Shown piece by piece: positions 48,640 through 60,289 of a DNA stretch of 64,000 nt; positions within the stretch are counted from its first letter, which is position 1; each line of letters opens with the position of its first letter. Below the pieces are notes generated by a model. The model was not told the origin of the DNA. It saw only the letters and a program-made list of their open reading frames with translations, and made no database searches. The position numbers and the translations under genes are program-made. The stretch covers positions 310,001 to 374,000 of the forward strand of contig JAYWIR010000012.1 in the NCBI GenBank assembly GCA_036172245.1. Direction: 5' to 3'. This stretch comes from Raillietiella orientalis. Lineage: Eukaryota.

Positions 48640-48830
48640 AAGAAGTGGAAAATGGCTGCGTCGTGGGTTTGGCGCTCCCCGCTCAAGATAGCGCTGGGTT
48701 GGCCTCGGTTGGCTTGAGGTGCGCCATTGGTGAAAGCAGCCGGATGCCTTCGATGGGCGGCCGTTCCCTATTGATGGCGGGATTCGAACCCGCGACGGTC
48801 GGTGCCATGCGCTTAGACGCAGCCACACAG
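48640..48830. mobile_element. SINE-like repeat fragment with an internal inversion
   Basis: Head on the minus strand (48775-48830) abuts body sequence on the plus strand (48640-48750). Confidence 0.6.
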
Positions 48831-49879
48831 CTGCTTCTCTTGTGGGTGCGAGGCGGCAGCTGGCGGGACAGTTCGCGTGCCCCGCGGCTGAAGTCAGGCC
48901 AGACGGGCCTAGTGGCAGTAGCACCCAGCATGCCTGTGTACCCCCTGGCTCCGAGGTCCCGTTTTTGGCTCTGTGCTCCCCTCCGGTGGCCATCGTGCTT
49001 TTCACGCGCTGGGGTTTCCCCGCGCGACCCGCTTCCGTGGAGATCAATCCCCCCTTCCGTCTCTCCGGGCCACAACACGGTAGGAGGAAGCGGAAACGTT
49101 CGTACGCCTTCCGGAACATTCGGACACGTCTCAAAGCCGCCCTGGAGAAACCCCGAGACGGAGTTGCTACGAGCGCCGCCGCCGCACTCGTGGTGGACCT
49201 CAGCCTTGCGGCCCTCACACCCAGGGTGCCCTGGAAACTATGGAAAACTTGCATCCAAGGTATCCCATAAAACATTCTTGTAGTAGAATGAAGATACTCC
49301 CTTTCTGGAACCATTTGCAGCAGCTGGGTCACTGCAGGCAACTTGTCATTCAAGCTAGCATTATAATAATAGTGCACATTCGATATAGTTACCTTTTGCT
49401 GGAATCAAAATCTTAAAAGTGTTGCGTTTATAGAATGTTGATTGTATCGAGACGGGAGTGGAAATATATATATAAAAAAAAATTAATCTGAGGGAAACCG
49501 AACACTGGTTGTCTCCTAGTAACTCTTCAGTTACGAAACAAACCCGTAGGGACCACTCTACGAATCCAGGAAGGCTCGCAGAAAGTGTGTCTGTTCTCCT
49601 CAAGCTCTTCAGTTTGGGAACTACCTCGTAGATGGCATTCTACGAATTCAGGAAGGTTCCGAGGTAGGTTTCGGTTCCCCTCACGCTTGGGAGGGAATCC
49701 CGAAGGGAGCCGTCGCCCTGGTTGCCTCCGAAGGGATTCCTTAGGAGAAAGAGGAGTACAGGCCACGAGCGAGTGCAGGAGGGATTCGCACTGCCCGCAC
49801 CCGCTGCAGTTTGGTTCCACCGCAGGAAGGCTGGAGGCGGAACCCACTTCTATTCCACGTCTCTCAGGGCAAACGATGG

Positions 49880-50760
49880 CAGCAGCCAATTGGCGGGGTG
49901 GGAGCTTCCCTACGAAACTGCAGGTGTCGAGAAACTCCTCGACGGCCGAAAGACTAGCGAGTTGGTGGACGGCGCCGCTCCTCGTTCCCGGGGGAAGAGA
50001 ACGAGCAGAGCGACCGGTTCTCTGTGACCCCCCGAAGAACTCGCGGTCCCTCTCCTGTGCGTGGACACCACGCTGTTGCCTCTACCGTGCAAACGGGATG
50101 CCCTGCTGCTTCTGCACTAGGGATTCCGGTGTAACCGGCGCAGACGCCTGGTTTCTAAGGGAGCTGCCTCCCTGAACTGTTCCAAGTGGGGACGATAGAA
50201 TCGTTTCCGCACCTCCTTCTGGACTGCAGTGTTCCAGAAGACACATGCGGCGGAGGCTCCCTCCGGCGACCCGCCGACTGCAGACCCCCTCTCTCCGGAC
50301 TTGCTGAGACACTTTATAGCAAGGTAGGCTGACTGCAGGCGTTGTGATAGCAGTGAGATGCTGCATCCTCACCAAAATGACAGTCCTCCATGCGTTGTAG
50401 TCTCATTCGCAGCGAAATGAGGCCACCAGCAAGACAGTCGTCTTCATGAGGGCGGGTGTGACGCGGCTCCTCAACTGCCAGAAGTCATCAATGACGTCGC
50501 CACTACACGCAGCCGCTCCTAGAAAGAAAGGAACGAATGAAACCAAAGACTCCTGTCCTACCCTATCATCTTTGTTTCTCTTTATTTATTGTCCCCTTCT
50601 TCCGTTCCCTATTCTTTTTCGATGCCGGTCTGCATGTCGGCGGTCATCCCCAATGGACTTCATTTTTTTGGCATCTCTAGCGTTCAGGGGACAGTGCTCC
50701 CCTCTGGCTTGTGGTTTCTCTTTTTATTTTCTTTTAATTAACGTCCCGAGGTCGCCGGGC
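49880..50760 (+). mobile_element. LINE family A 3' portion
   Basis: Collinear with 15915-16735 and 43120-43797; hairpin at 50624-50641. Confidence 0.7.
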
Positions 50761-51039
50761 AGGGATCACCTTCCTCCTGGATCCAAACTGGTCCAGACTG
50801 GCCTGCAATTTTCGCGCCGCATCTTTGCAGAAGTGGTGGAGCTCGGATGTGCCTCCCGCAACTGAACCCATCTGCTCGTCCGGCTCCAACTCGCCCTTTT
50901 CCTTGACTGCCGGAGGCTTGGCACCAGGTTTGTGGCTTCCTTTTTTCAGGCCGGATGCCCTCCGTTCCAGTCTGAGGAGCAGCTCTTCAGTCCTGTTCCA
51001 TGCCAACCGAGGATGCACGTAATTCGTCAATGTACGGTG

Positions 51040-51300
51040 TAACCAGGTAGGGGACCGCCCTATGAATCCAGTAAGGGTCTGGAGAAAAGAGTCGGATCCT
51101 GTCAAGCTTGGAGAGGGATCCCCGAGGGAAACCTCCACCCTGGTTGTCTCCCAAGGAAACCCCGAAGGAAACCCGGAAAGGATCCGCTGTTAGGAATTTC
51201 CTCTCCGAGGGAACCCCACAAGGGGACCGCTGCCTGTTTCCTCCTCTGAAGAGAACCCCGAAGGGACACTTCCTAATTTTCTCCGGAGGGGGCGGCACGC
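51040..51300 (-). mobile_element. SINE-like repeat, 3' part
   Basis: Homologous to 53625-53820 and 37775-37880. Confidence 0.6.
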
Positions 51301-51699
51301 TTCCCTGCACTCTAGAGAGGTGCCACATCTACCCCATGGTACCAGACGGAGGGCCCCCCTCGAAGTCTCCTTTGCACAACCGGAGGTGAATCCCGAAGAA
51401 AGTCGGACTACTGTCTGAGGAGCAGCATGGTTTCAGAAGACCTCTGGGAAGCAAGCGTGCGATTCTTCGCCCGGCAGACCCTGTTCGAAAGACCTACTCG
51501 CACAGAAGAAGAAGGGTCACTTATGCGTCCTAGAGTCGCTACATCTTCGTCGCAGTTGCCTTGAAGAGCTGAATTACCGGATACTCAACGATCTTTGAGG
51601 AGAAAAAAAAAAAATTTTTTTTCTTCCCTCTCTTGCGATGGCATCAGGGACGATTCGACATTTTCCAAGGTAGAAAGATCTGAGGTTGAGATCTGAGAC

Positions 51700-53100
51700 G
51701 AGAGTCCCCTTGCAGCTCTTGCGGGAACAACCTTGTCTTCCAGAGTTCGCTTGTGACAAATGAAACGGATGGTTGCGAACGCGCATTCCGTTCCCGGCGC
51801 CATCCCGACAATTCCCGAAAACTGGCATTTCAGGTTTGCGGGAGACTGCTGCCGTCCCCCGTGCATGGAATGCGCCACCGGCGCGAAGCAGCAGCAGGAA
51901 TATTTCGTCTTCAGGGAGACTGCATTCACCAGGGAGGGAACCGTCGTTCGTTTCTCAACGACATTTCGAAGGGACTGACTCGCCCCTCTCCCTTCCTTAG
52001 GTGCGCACTTGATTTTTGCAGCATCCTTTCCATTGCAGCCGATTCGAAAGAGAAACTTAAAGATGAGCATCATCGGGATTCGTCGCCGAAGGCCTCGTGG
52101 ACCGACCTTGCTGTGCGGTCGCCTGTGCAGCAAGGGCCAACCTACGCGGAGCGGCGGGTTCGGCCCGGTTCGTGAGGCCAGACAAGCGGCTGCGGTCGGA
52201 GAGATCAGGAGACACGGAACCATCGGTCCAGAGCCAACTCGTTCGCCCCTGACTCACGGGTGACGACCGTCAGGCGCCCTCGCGAGATGACAGCTGTCAC
52301 GTTCAATTGTCAGCGCATGAATTTTCCCTCGCGAGACGGGAGAGAGCAGGGACGAGGCAAGACAGCGTTGGCTACGGGGGAAACTGCTTTCCAAAGCTCT
52401 CGATCGTGCCCTGCTCTCGTTCTCCATGGAGATGGTGCATAGATTCCAGTAAAGCTTAGGCTTTACTGGAATCAATATTATACAAGAAGTTGAGTTCCTC
52501 AGCACCATTCCAGCGCCAGCAATACCTGCAACGAAGCGTCCGGGCAAGAGAGTCTGCTTCTTCCGTCAACCGTTTCTGTGTTTGGCTAATCATCTCGGTC
52601 TTCTGGGGGTTCCACACGTCTCTTCCAATGCTTGGGAAAAAAAAAACAAAAAAAAACAGTACGGTTGTTGAAAGTACAGTAGATTTTGTGGCGTTGCACC
52701 TTCGACTCGTTTGCAGGTTTCGAACGTGCTGTGCCCTGCTCTCGATCTCCGCGGAGACGGTGCGTAGTCTCGCGCTGTTTCAAACGCGTTGAAAAGCAGG
52801 GGGCGCGATGCCAACGCCAAGAGGTCTATCGGTGGCGGAACGAAGCCGAGGACAGCAGATCTTTCGTCCTTCTCGTCTTTCCCCGGGGTCTCCGAAGAAT
52901 CAGGCAACCAGCATCGGCAAGTAGAGCAAGGGGGAAGGACTTGCCTCGAATAACCCGGAAGCATCAGATGAAACACGAAGTGTGCTGGGGATCCGCCACT
53001 TGTCTTTTAGCACCGCGAGGAGGGTCGCGGCGGAACGGGAAGATTGCCATTTCATCGAGCCGTGACGCCGAGGGAGGAATCCTCGGGAATGCTTTTGCTT
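51700..53100 (+). mobile_element. Ty3/gypsy RT relic
   Basis: HGTIGP..SP, LSSSAPFQR (FGL..AP..FQR-like), LF..RKAG and ETRSVLG (ELR.FLG-like) occur in order; heavily decayed. Confidence 0.45.
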
Positions 53101-53596
53101 CAGACTCGTGATTCACCGAGATTAGCAGCTGCTGCTGTGTTCCGGTTTCTGTCGTCCCTGGCGACAGCTCTCTTAACAGGTCCCTAGTCGGTTGACTCCC
53201 CATCTCCTCAGCGTAATGGAGGAGTGATTTATAGGTCGCGGCTGGTGTGTGTGCGCGCGCCCTCTGGTGAAGATGCCCATCTTCCCCGTCTTCTCGGAGT
53301 TGTTTTTCAAGTCCTCCACTGTAAGATGGGGGTGGGGAGGGGAGGAAGAACGGCTGGACGCACGCCCGAGTCTTCTTGGGTCTACGAGAGGCACCCGACT
53401 TTTGCCCCGACAGACTGGGATACCTCACGATGTGGAGGTTATCGACGGAGGCAGCCTTCGTTCCAGCTCACTGCGAATTCCATGGTGCTGAAGAGCAATC
53501 CTTTTTCGGTTGCCAAGGAGAGCTGCACTGAAGAACCTTTCGCCTTCCTAGGGGAGCTCACGAAGATCTTTGACATCGTCCACAGCTCCCGAGGTT

Positions 53597-54178
53597 GCGT
53601 GTGGCTCTTCAAGTTAGGGGGTGATCTGTAGGGACCACCCCATGAATCCTAGAGGACTCCGGAGGAAGGATACCGTTCCTCTCACGCTTGAGAGGGAACC
53701 CCAAAGGAAACCTCTTCCTTTCTCTCTCCGTAGGGACCCCTCAGAGGAGGTCGCTCCTAGAATTTCTTCTACGAAGGGAAGCCGGAAGGAATTCGCTCTT
53801 CTGAAGAAAACTCCGAAGGAAGCAGCGTGCTTCTGACTCTTTGGAAAGGCAACCTCCCGAGGGAAGCATCAAACATCTCAATGGTAACGGCTCCACTTTC
53901 ACAACCGAAGAGGTGACCCGAAGAGAACCGACGCTCTTCCTTGACTCCCGGAAGGACCACGGACCTAGGCTCCAATCCTGGCCAGTCAACGGGGGCATCC
54001 GGCTGCTTCCACCAGTGTTGCCTCCGAAGCCTGCAGAGGCCAACTAGGGTGATCCTGCGAGAGGGAACTCGAAACCCACGACGCACACCTCATTTCTCGG
54101 CGTCAGCTGTTCTTCCCACGACGGGATTCGAACCCACGACTCCACGCGCGGAGGCTGTAGCCACACGGCCGCCAATGC
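53597..54178 (-). mobile_element. SINE-like repeat, near full length
   Basis: Head 54120-54178 with B-box, second B-box-like motif near 54065-54078, 3' end AACTTGAAGAGCCACACG. Confidence 0.8.
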
Positions 54179-54619
54179 AGGCAAGAGTAATCTTGAAGCG
54201 CCTCCTATTTTGCTTCCAGGAGAACACAGGTTTTAGTGGTACCCAGATCTTTTTTTTTCTTTTTGGGTCATGTCAGGGAATTCGTCCTCCCAATTCTGGA
54301 CGCCTGTTTCCATGCCTTGTGTTTCCTTCTTGGTAGTTTTCCCGTCGCCTCCTCCTCCACGTTAGACGAAGGCGCGAAAAGGGCCCTGCACGCGTAGGCA
54401 CTCTTAGGACTTCTCTCGGTTCTTTTCCTGACCTTTCCTGCAGGGTTCTTTCGCAGCTGATTCGGCTCCTCTTTCCTCTCCTGCGGCGAGCTTCCCCGTC
54501 ATCCCTTTGTCGATCCCCCTGCCCCTCGACTGGCTTTCCCTGGTCCTCGGGAAGATTCCCGCTGGGCGTTCCTTTTTTGGGAAAAGGGTGCACTCCGCCC
54601 TCGTTTTCTTCGCTCTGCC

Positions 54620-55640
54620 GTTTCCGTCCCTTGCGCGTTTAGTAGGTGGAGCGCAGCGAAACCCTCCTTTACGTTTTCAAATGAACAGGAGATGTCCAGC
54701 ACACCTATTCGATCGCTTTTCTCCAAAACCAGGTCTGGTTTTAGGGTGGAGGTGGTTCTTGGCACTCTGCGATTACTCGATACCAGAGTCCACTTGGCTT
54801 CATCCATTACAGCCTTCTTGATAATTTCCAGGATAGCATCATGGCGCTGCATCTTCAGAGGCACGTGCTTTTTACGTCTGTTGAGCACGTGTGATAAAGT
54901 CTCATCCTCGGCTCCTCAACGCCGATATATCCTTTCATGAACCTTCTTCGTTGGTCCAGTGTTTAGTGGCAGAAGGTTCAGTCCTGCCCATGGATGAAGC
55001 TGTAGTCTTGGTATCTTAGGTGGATTCCGTTTGTATGGAAGAAACTTGAAGAGTGATGCATGCCCACACACTGCATGGCCTTTCCTTGACTAACGTGGTT
55101 TTCAATAAGGGATTGCCATGCGTGTTCTCTCTGCAATGCTCTTGCGCCGGAGGCGAGCAGTCTTCTTGCACTGCTGGTGAAGAGTATTCCGTCCACCGTG
55201 GTCCTGGGTTCTCCTTGTCGAAACGCCCTGAGCGGAGGACGGAGCTCGGAGTTGGGATCTCCGTGGTGGTTTTTCCGGCACCCGGAAGCTGCAGTCGAAC
55301 CTGGGAGCGTGTGCTTCGGACGGACGCTACCTTCCTCAACACGCTTTCCGCCTAATGCTAAGCGCGCGCACCCGGGGAACGAACCCTGTGACACTTTCTG
55401 CTCCCGTTCCTGAAGCTTTCGCACCGGAAATCCATGGGTTACGCGTGTTTTCCCTCTGGCTGCTGGCTCATCCGATCCGTCCCTCTGCGTCCTACGGCAG
55501 CCCGGTATCAGTCCGGATCCTGCCATGTGGTGTTTTCTTCCTGCACTTGATGCGTGCCAGGCACCCTGTGGCCAAGCGCCATGAACCGCCTTGCGAAAAC
55601 CATGATGGTACGTTGCCTGGGCTCACAGCGACAGCTCACC
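54620..55640 (-). mobile_element. RLE-type non-LTR retrotransposon (NeSL/Utopia-like) C-terminal relic
   Basis: QGKA...FIH..LN.LP.N, ETLSHVLN (CCHC remnant), RHDAILE and LKPDLVL...VLDISC.FEN (PD..D endonuclease). Confidence 0.85.
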
Positions 55641-55679
55641 GGTGAGAATCTGACTTGGGGTCTCGTTGTCCTTGCGGAA

Positions 55680-55990
55680 TGCTTTCCAAGGCCCTTCCTT
55701 CCTACGTTTGTGCTCACCACTTTCTTATTCTCCCTTTTTCCCCTTCGCTACCGAAGCGGACCTCACCGGTCTGCGTACCGGAGAATTGGCGGGTTCAGTG
55801 TGTATCTTCTTTCATTTTTTTTTTTTTTTTTTCGGGGGGGGGGGGGGGGGAGGACGTGATAGGACCACGTTTTCCACCACAGAAAATGCTTTGCGCAAGC
55901 GCAATATCATAGTGGAGGGCGGAAACGGAGACTTTACCACAAAAAATGAATGCGTTATTTTCATAATAAATGCCTTGGCAAAACCGGGTG
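55680..55990 (+). mobile_element. LINE family A 3' UTR fragment
   Basis: Hairpin at 55765-55782 and terminal AATAAATG...CCGGGTG. Confidence 0.65.
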
Positions 55991-56049
55991 ATAAAGCAAG
56001 CAGGTCACTCCACCGGAATCCCTTTGCCCGGAAACGGGGCGTGGCGGCT

Positions 56050-57150
56050 TCTGCATTGGGAGAGGGAAGGCTGTTCTATACTGCTTCCTGGGACGTGCCA
56101 GGACTCAGACCGTGTTTCCTAACCTACCTAACCATATGCACCGAACCTCCACGATCCCCTTGGTGTCCCACCTTTCAGATGAATGCCAAACATGGCGAGA
56201 CCATTGGCAAGCATTTGATTTTCGGTACGTTCTCCTCCAGCGAACGTCGTACTTGGTTTGTTGCTTTCGAAAAAATTCTCATGCTGTCTTCGCTACAACG
56301 CTATACAGATTATCACGTATGTCGCCCATCGGGAAGCTGACGAACCCCTCTTTCCCCTAATGTTTGGCGGATGGGTCCGTCCACCTCAGCTTCAAAACTT
56401 CTCGGCAGCATGGCGGCATTTGAAATGGCGGTCGGCAGGGTTGCTACCATCGTCGCGTAGGACGCCGCTGCTTTGCTTGGGAGCCGCTTCCCTCGTCTCC
56501 ATGGTTGCGCTTCGTTGGATCGCGCGCCCCATTTGTGGACTGCATCGCCGTTTCGCACCGAGCCGCAGCGGATACTTGACCGGGGAGTGTAGGGTGGGCG
56601 AAGAGGACCAACACATAGAAACATGCAATGAATACATGGGGAAGAAGAACCAGTCTCACGGTGGCGTACCACGATTCCCGAGGGCATGCGTCTGAGAGGG
56701 ACGGGAGGCAAAGGAAAGGGAGCGCTGTCCAGGGTGACCCTCGGCGGTCTGTCCGCGGTTGATGTGAGGCTGCCTTTCATCCCATCTTCCAGTTCGGTCC
56801 ATTTCGCCGCAGAGCCCGCGTGAGGAGGGACGAAGAGCATAATGGCCACTCTTCCGTCCGTCGGGGATCCGGGTGGTGATGGTTGCTTGAGGCACATTCC
56901 AAGAGCGCGTAAGGGAGGAAGGGTTTTCGCGGCTCTGCGGCGCGCGCAGTCCGTGGAGCCGCCCCGGCTTCACAGGTCGGCCCGATCTCCGGGAGCCAAG
57001 CATCCGTCCCCGCCCGCCAAGGACTGCGAGCATTCCGAGCGCGGAAGAGGCAGGGTCGGCCAGGAGACCGCAGTCAGAGAGTTCGTCTCGTGGTTTCCCT
57101 CTCCTCCAGGAAGTCCCCTTCCGGCCGAGCCGCCTCCGCACCGAGGGGTT
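56050..57150 (-). mobile_element. possible gypsy gag-pro-RT relic
   Basis: Cys-knuckle remnants near 56930-57040 and QVRRSLEEN..I...PMVSP near 56190-56260. Confidence 0.35.
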
Positions 57151-57254
57151 GCGCAATTTTGCGTTGCGCGTAACAGCACGCGTGATCCCCAGCAACGTTA
57201 ATAATCGCCAACAGTTGTGTGGGCGACTTGTGGAGGGAGAGGAGGGGGAAGGTG

Positions 57255-58200
57255 CTAAACCGGTCACTCCGGAGCGTTTATTTTTTACAGAGAAAATAAA
57301 TAAAATCAACGGAGAGGAGTTGGTGGGACTATGTATCCTACCATCCGTAGGAGTGCCCCAGCAAGGTTCACGACATCACGGAGGGGTTAGAGAATGAGAG
57401 ACTGGGGGGAGGGGGAGAAAATAAATTGGCTTGTTGAAAATGGCGGAGGGAGAGACAAGAAGTCTCATCCTGCGATTGTGTGGTCTTCTGCGTCTTTTGC
57501 AGGATGCTGGACAGCTCCTCTTAGTGGCTATGCAGTGGCTCCACCTTAGGGCCACGAAAGTGAAGGGGAAGATCTGAAATCGTCGTCATTGACACGACAT
57601 GCTGAGAAATTGCCTCACCCCTTTTCTCTCTATCCCCCCCACGACGAGCTTCTTCCTCCCCTCCTCCTCCTCCCAGGCCTGCTTGTGGTTGCCAGTGCAA
57701 GAGCAGAAAGGAAGGCCCCAGGCCACGCAGGCTGCATTCGTGCTCAGTGATTTCGGACTACGAGGTGAGGGTCTGCTCCAGGATTCTCTCCTTGGAGGAG
57801 GAGGAAGAAAGGAAAAGGAAGAGAAGAGGGGAGGGGGAGGAAGTGAAGAGGAAGAGAGGAGAAAGAGAAAAGGAGGGAAAGAGGAGGAAGGGAGAAGGAG
57901 AAGCTGGTGGGGAGCTTTTCCTTTCTCCACACAATGGTGGGTTGCTCCTGAAGGAAGATGGCGGTCTGTGCGGTTTCCACACGATGCCGCTCCTCAGGTA
58001 ATCGCCGCTTTCGTCTCACCTGCAGAGCCACCGCACCGGCAGTTCCCGGTAGTTCAGAAAGCCTCGCGCAACTGTGCAGCTCCGCTTTCGACGGACGCAT
58101 CACCTGCAAGAGTTCGAAAGTCCTCAGCAAAAGATGACTACAGCGCCTGGTGAATTCTAAAAATACAAACGTGGAGGGAAAAATTGCGGAAGGTGCTGCC
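57255..58200 (-). mobile_element. LINE family A 3' portion containing a purine-rich tract (57790-57905)
   Basis: Terminal AATAAACGCTCCGGAGTGACCGG; EELSSILQK-type C-terminus. Confidence 0.6.
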
Positions 58201-58487
58201 ATCTGAGCAGGACCCCTGCGGGTCCTTGCGGGAGACGCCAGTCACTTGGGATGATGCAACCGGTAATGGTTTTGCAGGTTCCTTCCTTCCGCCCCGTCAC
58301 GCGCTTTCTGCTCTTTCGCCCGCGTCCGCAGAAGAATGAGCAGATGGAGCATAAAGCTGTGACCACAAAGCTCGTGGTCGGAAGCGCTCCTCAAGAGAGT
58401 GCCACTTGCGCGGCAGAGAGCAGAGGGAGTGCGAGGTGACCAGAAAGAGCGAAAATTGTCTACACCACATAGAAATCATGGGAATGC

Positions 58488-59050
58488 CCGCGTTGGCGCC
58501 GTGTGGCTGCTGCCGTCTCTCCACGCGTGGTGCCAAGCGCTGCTGGTTCGAATCCCGCCCGGGGAAGGGTCGACGCCGAGAAATGGGCAGTGAGTCGTGA
58601 GTTCCGAGTTCCTTCCGCAGGGTGACGCTGGTTGGCCTTGGTTGGCTTCGGGTGCAGCACCGGTGGAAGCTGGAGCTCCCAGTCGGGATTGGAAGTCGAC
58701 CTCCAGGGTCCTTCGAGGAGCCCTTGGGGATTCCCCTCCGGATGTGAGAAAAGGGCCTCTCTTTTCCCCGCGGAGGGTGACCTTCATCGCGTACCTTGGA
58801 GCTGGTTGATACTTCCCTCGGAGGCTGCCTCTCCAGAGTGAAAGTGCTCTGCTCCCTTCGAGATCCTCTTCAGAGATGGTCTAGACAGAAGCGTGAAGGA
58901 GTGACCAAGTGAGCAAGAAACGAGGAGTGACCCCCTCCGGGGTGTCCCTCCGGAGAGAATGAGGACAAAGAGAAGGAAGAAAAGGGTGAGGAAGAGAGTG
59001 AGGAGGAAGAAGAGAGGAAGGATTCATGGGGTGACTTGAAGAGTTACACG
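58488..59050 (+). mobile_element. SINE-like repeat, near full length (~560 bp)
   Basis: GCCCGCGTTGGCGCCGTGTGG head, GGTTCGAATCCC B-box, end ACTTGAAGAGTTACACG. Confidence 0.8.
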
Positions 59051-59399
59051 TAACCTCGGATGACGTGAACAGCGTTAAAGAGCTTCGTGACTCCTTCCTC
59101 CTAAGGTGGAAGACGGTTTTTCGGCGCTTGGTAAACCAAAAAAGAAAACTGTAAGGAAAGCAGTGAAAACGGATGAAACCAAGAAGAAGAAAATTCATCA
59201 ATACGGAAACTCTTTAGATCCCACGCCTCTTCGTTGCCTTCTTTCCATACCGAGTCTTTTGTTCGAGCAGACACTATCCTCCATCTTTCACTTCCATCCA
59301 AGCATCAGCGCGCAACATTTCTTCCACAGCATTCATATGTGGGCAACGGGGAATATTTTTTCGTAGCATCCTCGATGCCAGCGAACCCCTACAAGAACC

Positions 59400-60240
59400 C
59401 CAGCTTTCTCCCTTGAAAGTGATGTTCACAGTGTGCAATCCACGCCTTTGCCATCCCCATTCCGTCAGCATGTTGTCTTCCGCCCAATTTACCAATACTT
59501 CTCCCTCCAGAGGAATCGGGAAGCCTTGCTTGTGGCAGTGCTTTCCGATGTGTTTACGGGTCTGGGCGGGACAAGTGCTGACATCCTTCGGTCTTTTCGA
59601 AATCCCTGCGCGTGGCTGCTTGTACCTTCCATCACAGCCAAGCGGTCTGGCAGCAACTCCTGGAATCCCCCATTCGGGATGCACAAGTTCGAACACTCTG
59701 TGTGAAGCAAACGAAATTACGAAGGGACTATTCGATGTTCTCCTGAAGCCACTCGAATGGCGCGATGCCTTGAAAGGGGGAGACTTCGAAAACGCCAGCG
59801 AGCGGTCTTTTCCCGTTGCATCTCGTGGTGGCACGTGCGCCAATGCACGCGTCGCACTTTACGTGCCGTCTCGGGAAAACCTCTCTCCCGCTCTTCTTCT
59901 GGCCGTCTGGAAAACACGTTTTCTCGTTTTTCTGGCCATAGGTGTACTTGTGTACCAGATGACGGAGCAAAGCACAACTCCCGAAATTCCTTCGGCGCGT
60001 GGGTACCCCGTTCGCCAGCCACGAATTCCGGACCGTGCTCCAAAGGCATCTTTGAGATTGAGCCTGCGTACGCACACTGCGAGGTGGATTTGACTTTTAT
60101 GGAAATGCTGGCCACGAAGAGAGGGCAGAAAGTGCCCGCGGTGGCGGTCTCTAAGCAGTTCTTTTCTGCGCTTTACATTTCTCATACTTCCGAGCAACTC
60201 TTGGGCCAACCTGGCTCGTACCCGGTCTCGCCGGAACGTT
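59400..60240 (-). mobile_element. LTR-retrotransposon integrase relic
   Basis: YEKCKAQK..PP.AL (C..CQ-like) and GPEF...KEFRELCF (SD.G..F...EF..FC-like). Confidence 0.45.
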
Positions 60241-60289
60241 CATTTCAACGTTAACAAACCACAAGTCAGAGGGATGCGGCATCCCCTAA

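Noticed and set aside
53168..53180. Exact piggyBac TIR complement CTCTCTTAACAGG
   Set aside because: Not followed by TTAA and no adjacent subterminal homology
53600..54178. Solo LTR interpretation (TGTGGCT...AGCCACA followed by a Lys-PBS-like sequence)
   Set aside because: No TSD; homology extends past the CA in the copies that retain the head, and that extension completes a tRNA-like acceptor stem. Not fully excluded.
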